The notes under the pieces were generated by a model. The model searched no databases. It was not told the DNA's origin and saw only the letters and a list, made by a program, of their open reading frames with translations. A stretch of 64,000 bases of DNA from positions 21,948,001 to 22,012,000 of the forward strand of contig CM060733.1 of the NCBI GenBank assembly GCA_030704615.1, written 5' to 3'. Position 1 is the stretch's first letter, and every line of letters begins with the position of its first letter. Shown in pieces: positions 62,375 through 64,000 of the stretch. The stretch comes from Takakia lepidozioides. Lineage: Eukaryota; Plantae; Bryophyta. Position numbers and translations under genes: made by a program.

Positions 62375-62880
62375 AGAACGGGCCGTGTTTGGCCAATTCT
62401 GCCCTGTAAGGTGAGGGGCTTGCCCAAAGGCCGCTTACAGGGCAGAGTCGGCCCAACACGGCCCGTTCACTACCGTTAAAAGCAGGGTGTGGCGTATTCT
62501 CGCCGCCACCTGGCGCACTATGATTGGGGTTCAATTATCCCATATCGATTGCCCAGATTCAGAGCCCCGGAGAGGATATAAACGGGAAGGGCCCGTCCCA
62601 ACACGGCCCGTTCACTACCGTTAAAAGCAGGGTGTGGCGTATTCTCGCCACCACCTGGCGCACTATGATTGGGGTTCAATTATCCCATATCGATTGCCGA
62701 AATTCAGAGCCTGGCTGATGGCTGATGACATGGGCCTGGGTGGTTGCTTTATCGTCCTCGGTGCATAATCGGCCATCCCTGCTGATTCTGCCTGCCGAAT
62801 CGGCAGTACGCCCTGGGTGGCCGATTCGGCCTGAGAATCAGTCGAAAAAATGGCAGAATGCGCCACACCTGCTTTTAACG
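62375..62880. repeat. Long hairpin, 145-bp-period tandem repeat carrying USE motifs, and an inverted partial copy
   Basis: Inverted repeat ~62375-62468; direct repeats 62452-62553 and 62597-62698; inverted copy ~62852-62881. Confidence 0.75.
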
Positions 62881-64000
62881 TTAGGTACGTAAGAAGACTG
62901 CTCCATAGCCCAATGCCATCTGAAGCTTCTACTTCCTGACTCGGTACATGAGCTGTCATTGATGAACTTGCCGACCAACTACTCGAGTCTGGCAACAAGG
63001 TGGGGTGGTTGCATTGTTGTTTTCGGGTGGTCGCGACCTGCCCCTGCCTGTTACAAACCTCTCTCTGATAAGCGCATGACAGTCGACACTGCGACTGTGT
63101 TGAGATTGTCGAGGCAGAATGCGAGATCGGCCAGTTGCTTAGATAATTGCCCTTGTACCTCTTGCAAGCAGGCCTCCAGCTCTGCCACATGAGACTTTAA
63201 GATATGTCCAGCCTGCTCACCCTGATCGGCAATATCGGCAGCAACAGAACCATTGTCGTTGCGGGATGACTTATCCACTAGCCCTTGTAACACCGCCTCT
63301 GTATTCCTCACTCTACTCGGGAGCTTTCTTATTGCATCTGACGCGGCTTGCTTGATTCCCTCCGCATTTTGGATCCACCATCTCTCCACCACGGATCCTC
63401 CTTCAGTCTCTAATAAGTGCTCCCGTGTTGTGGGTACTCTTTTACCAGGCGGACCGGGGTGTCTACTTCCAAGCAATTCCAATCACTGAGAGTTGAGTAC
63501 TTTGTCAACGATGCATAATCGCGGGTGGCGGCTTAAACGTCCACGCAAGCAGGAGGGGTGGGCCTCGTATAGGAAGTTGAAGGAACCCTTTGTAGGAACC
63601 AGTAACATCCGTCTTCTCCTTCATACTGCACTTAAATCACTCATCCGGCCAACCAGCACTCTCATGATCTGGAGACTGGGTCCACTACGCTGGCAGGCAG
63701 CTTGCGTCACCCGCGGCTACTACTCGAATTCTTGTTGAACGTGGCTGACATTGGAGCTGGTCATTTTTTTCCAGGTGCGTTTCCCTCTTCATGCTGGAAT
63801 TCCTCTCAAGAAACTTCATGTGAAAAGTTGTGTCTGTCATGGACTATAAAACCATATGGAAAAATAAAATACTTTCGAACTGATCGAATGTGGATTGTAC
63901 TAGTGGATTTTAGCAATGTGCTCTCAATTTTGAAAGGCATTTCCAGTTTCAAAAGAAAAGTTATTGATGCATGAGGTATGGCTGCAACTGGTTGCACCTT

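Overview
Land-plant nuclear DNA with TTTAGGG-type telomere repeats, probably a non-seed plant (inference only). Host genes: a 13-exon anthranilate synthase alpha subunit (13406-20822, +), a PDRG1/prefoldin-like gene (-) head-to-head with a CYTH/TTM3 gene (+) near 59-60.7 kb, and a Crinkler-type REase+kinase pseudogene. Also present: two decayed Ty3/gypsy elements, an L1 LINE, MITEs and a SWIM/MULE remnant. The main discovery is a linked telomere-related system. (1) An unannotated candidate telomerase RNA (TR) gene at ~22645-22975 has a USE+TATA Pol III-type promoter, an AAACCCTAAAC template, a boundary hairpin, a pseudoknot, P1 pairing and a T-run. (2) A 17-kb block (32674-49911) holds chained endonuclease-less Penelope-like elements (PLEs) of three families, separated by telomeric tracts, with minimal hammerhead ribozymes in their pLTRs. 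The intact copy has a -1 frameshift signal with a pseudoknot. (3) Several telomeric tracts begin with the non-telomeric sequence found immediately 3' of the candidate TR template (TTGTGAGG[GCAG]). This is internal evidence that the RNA is the working telomerase template and that synthesis can start outside the template through microhomology. The two chains diverge from a 5-kb core, as if a linear fragment had been healed at both ends and re-integrated.
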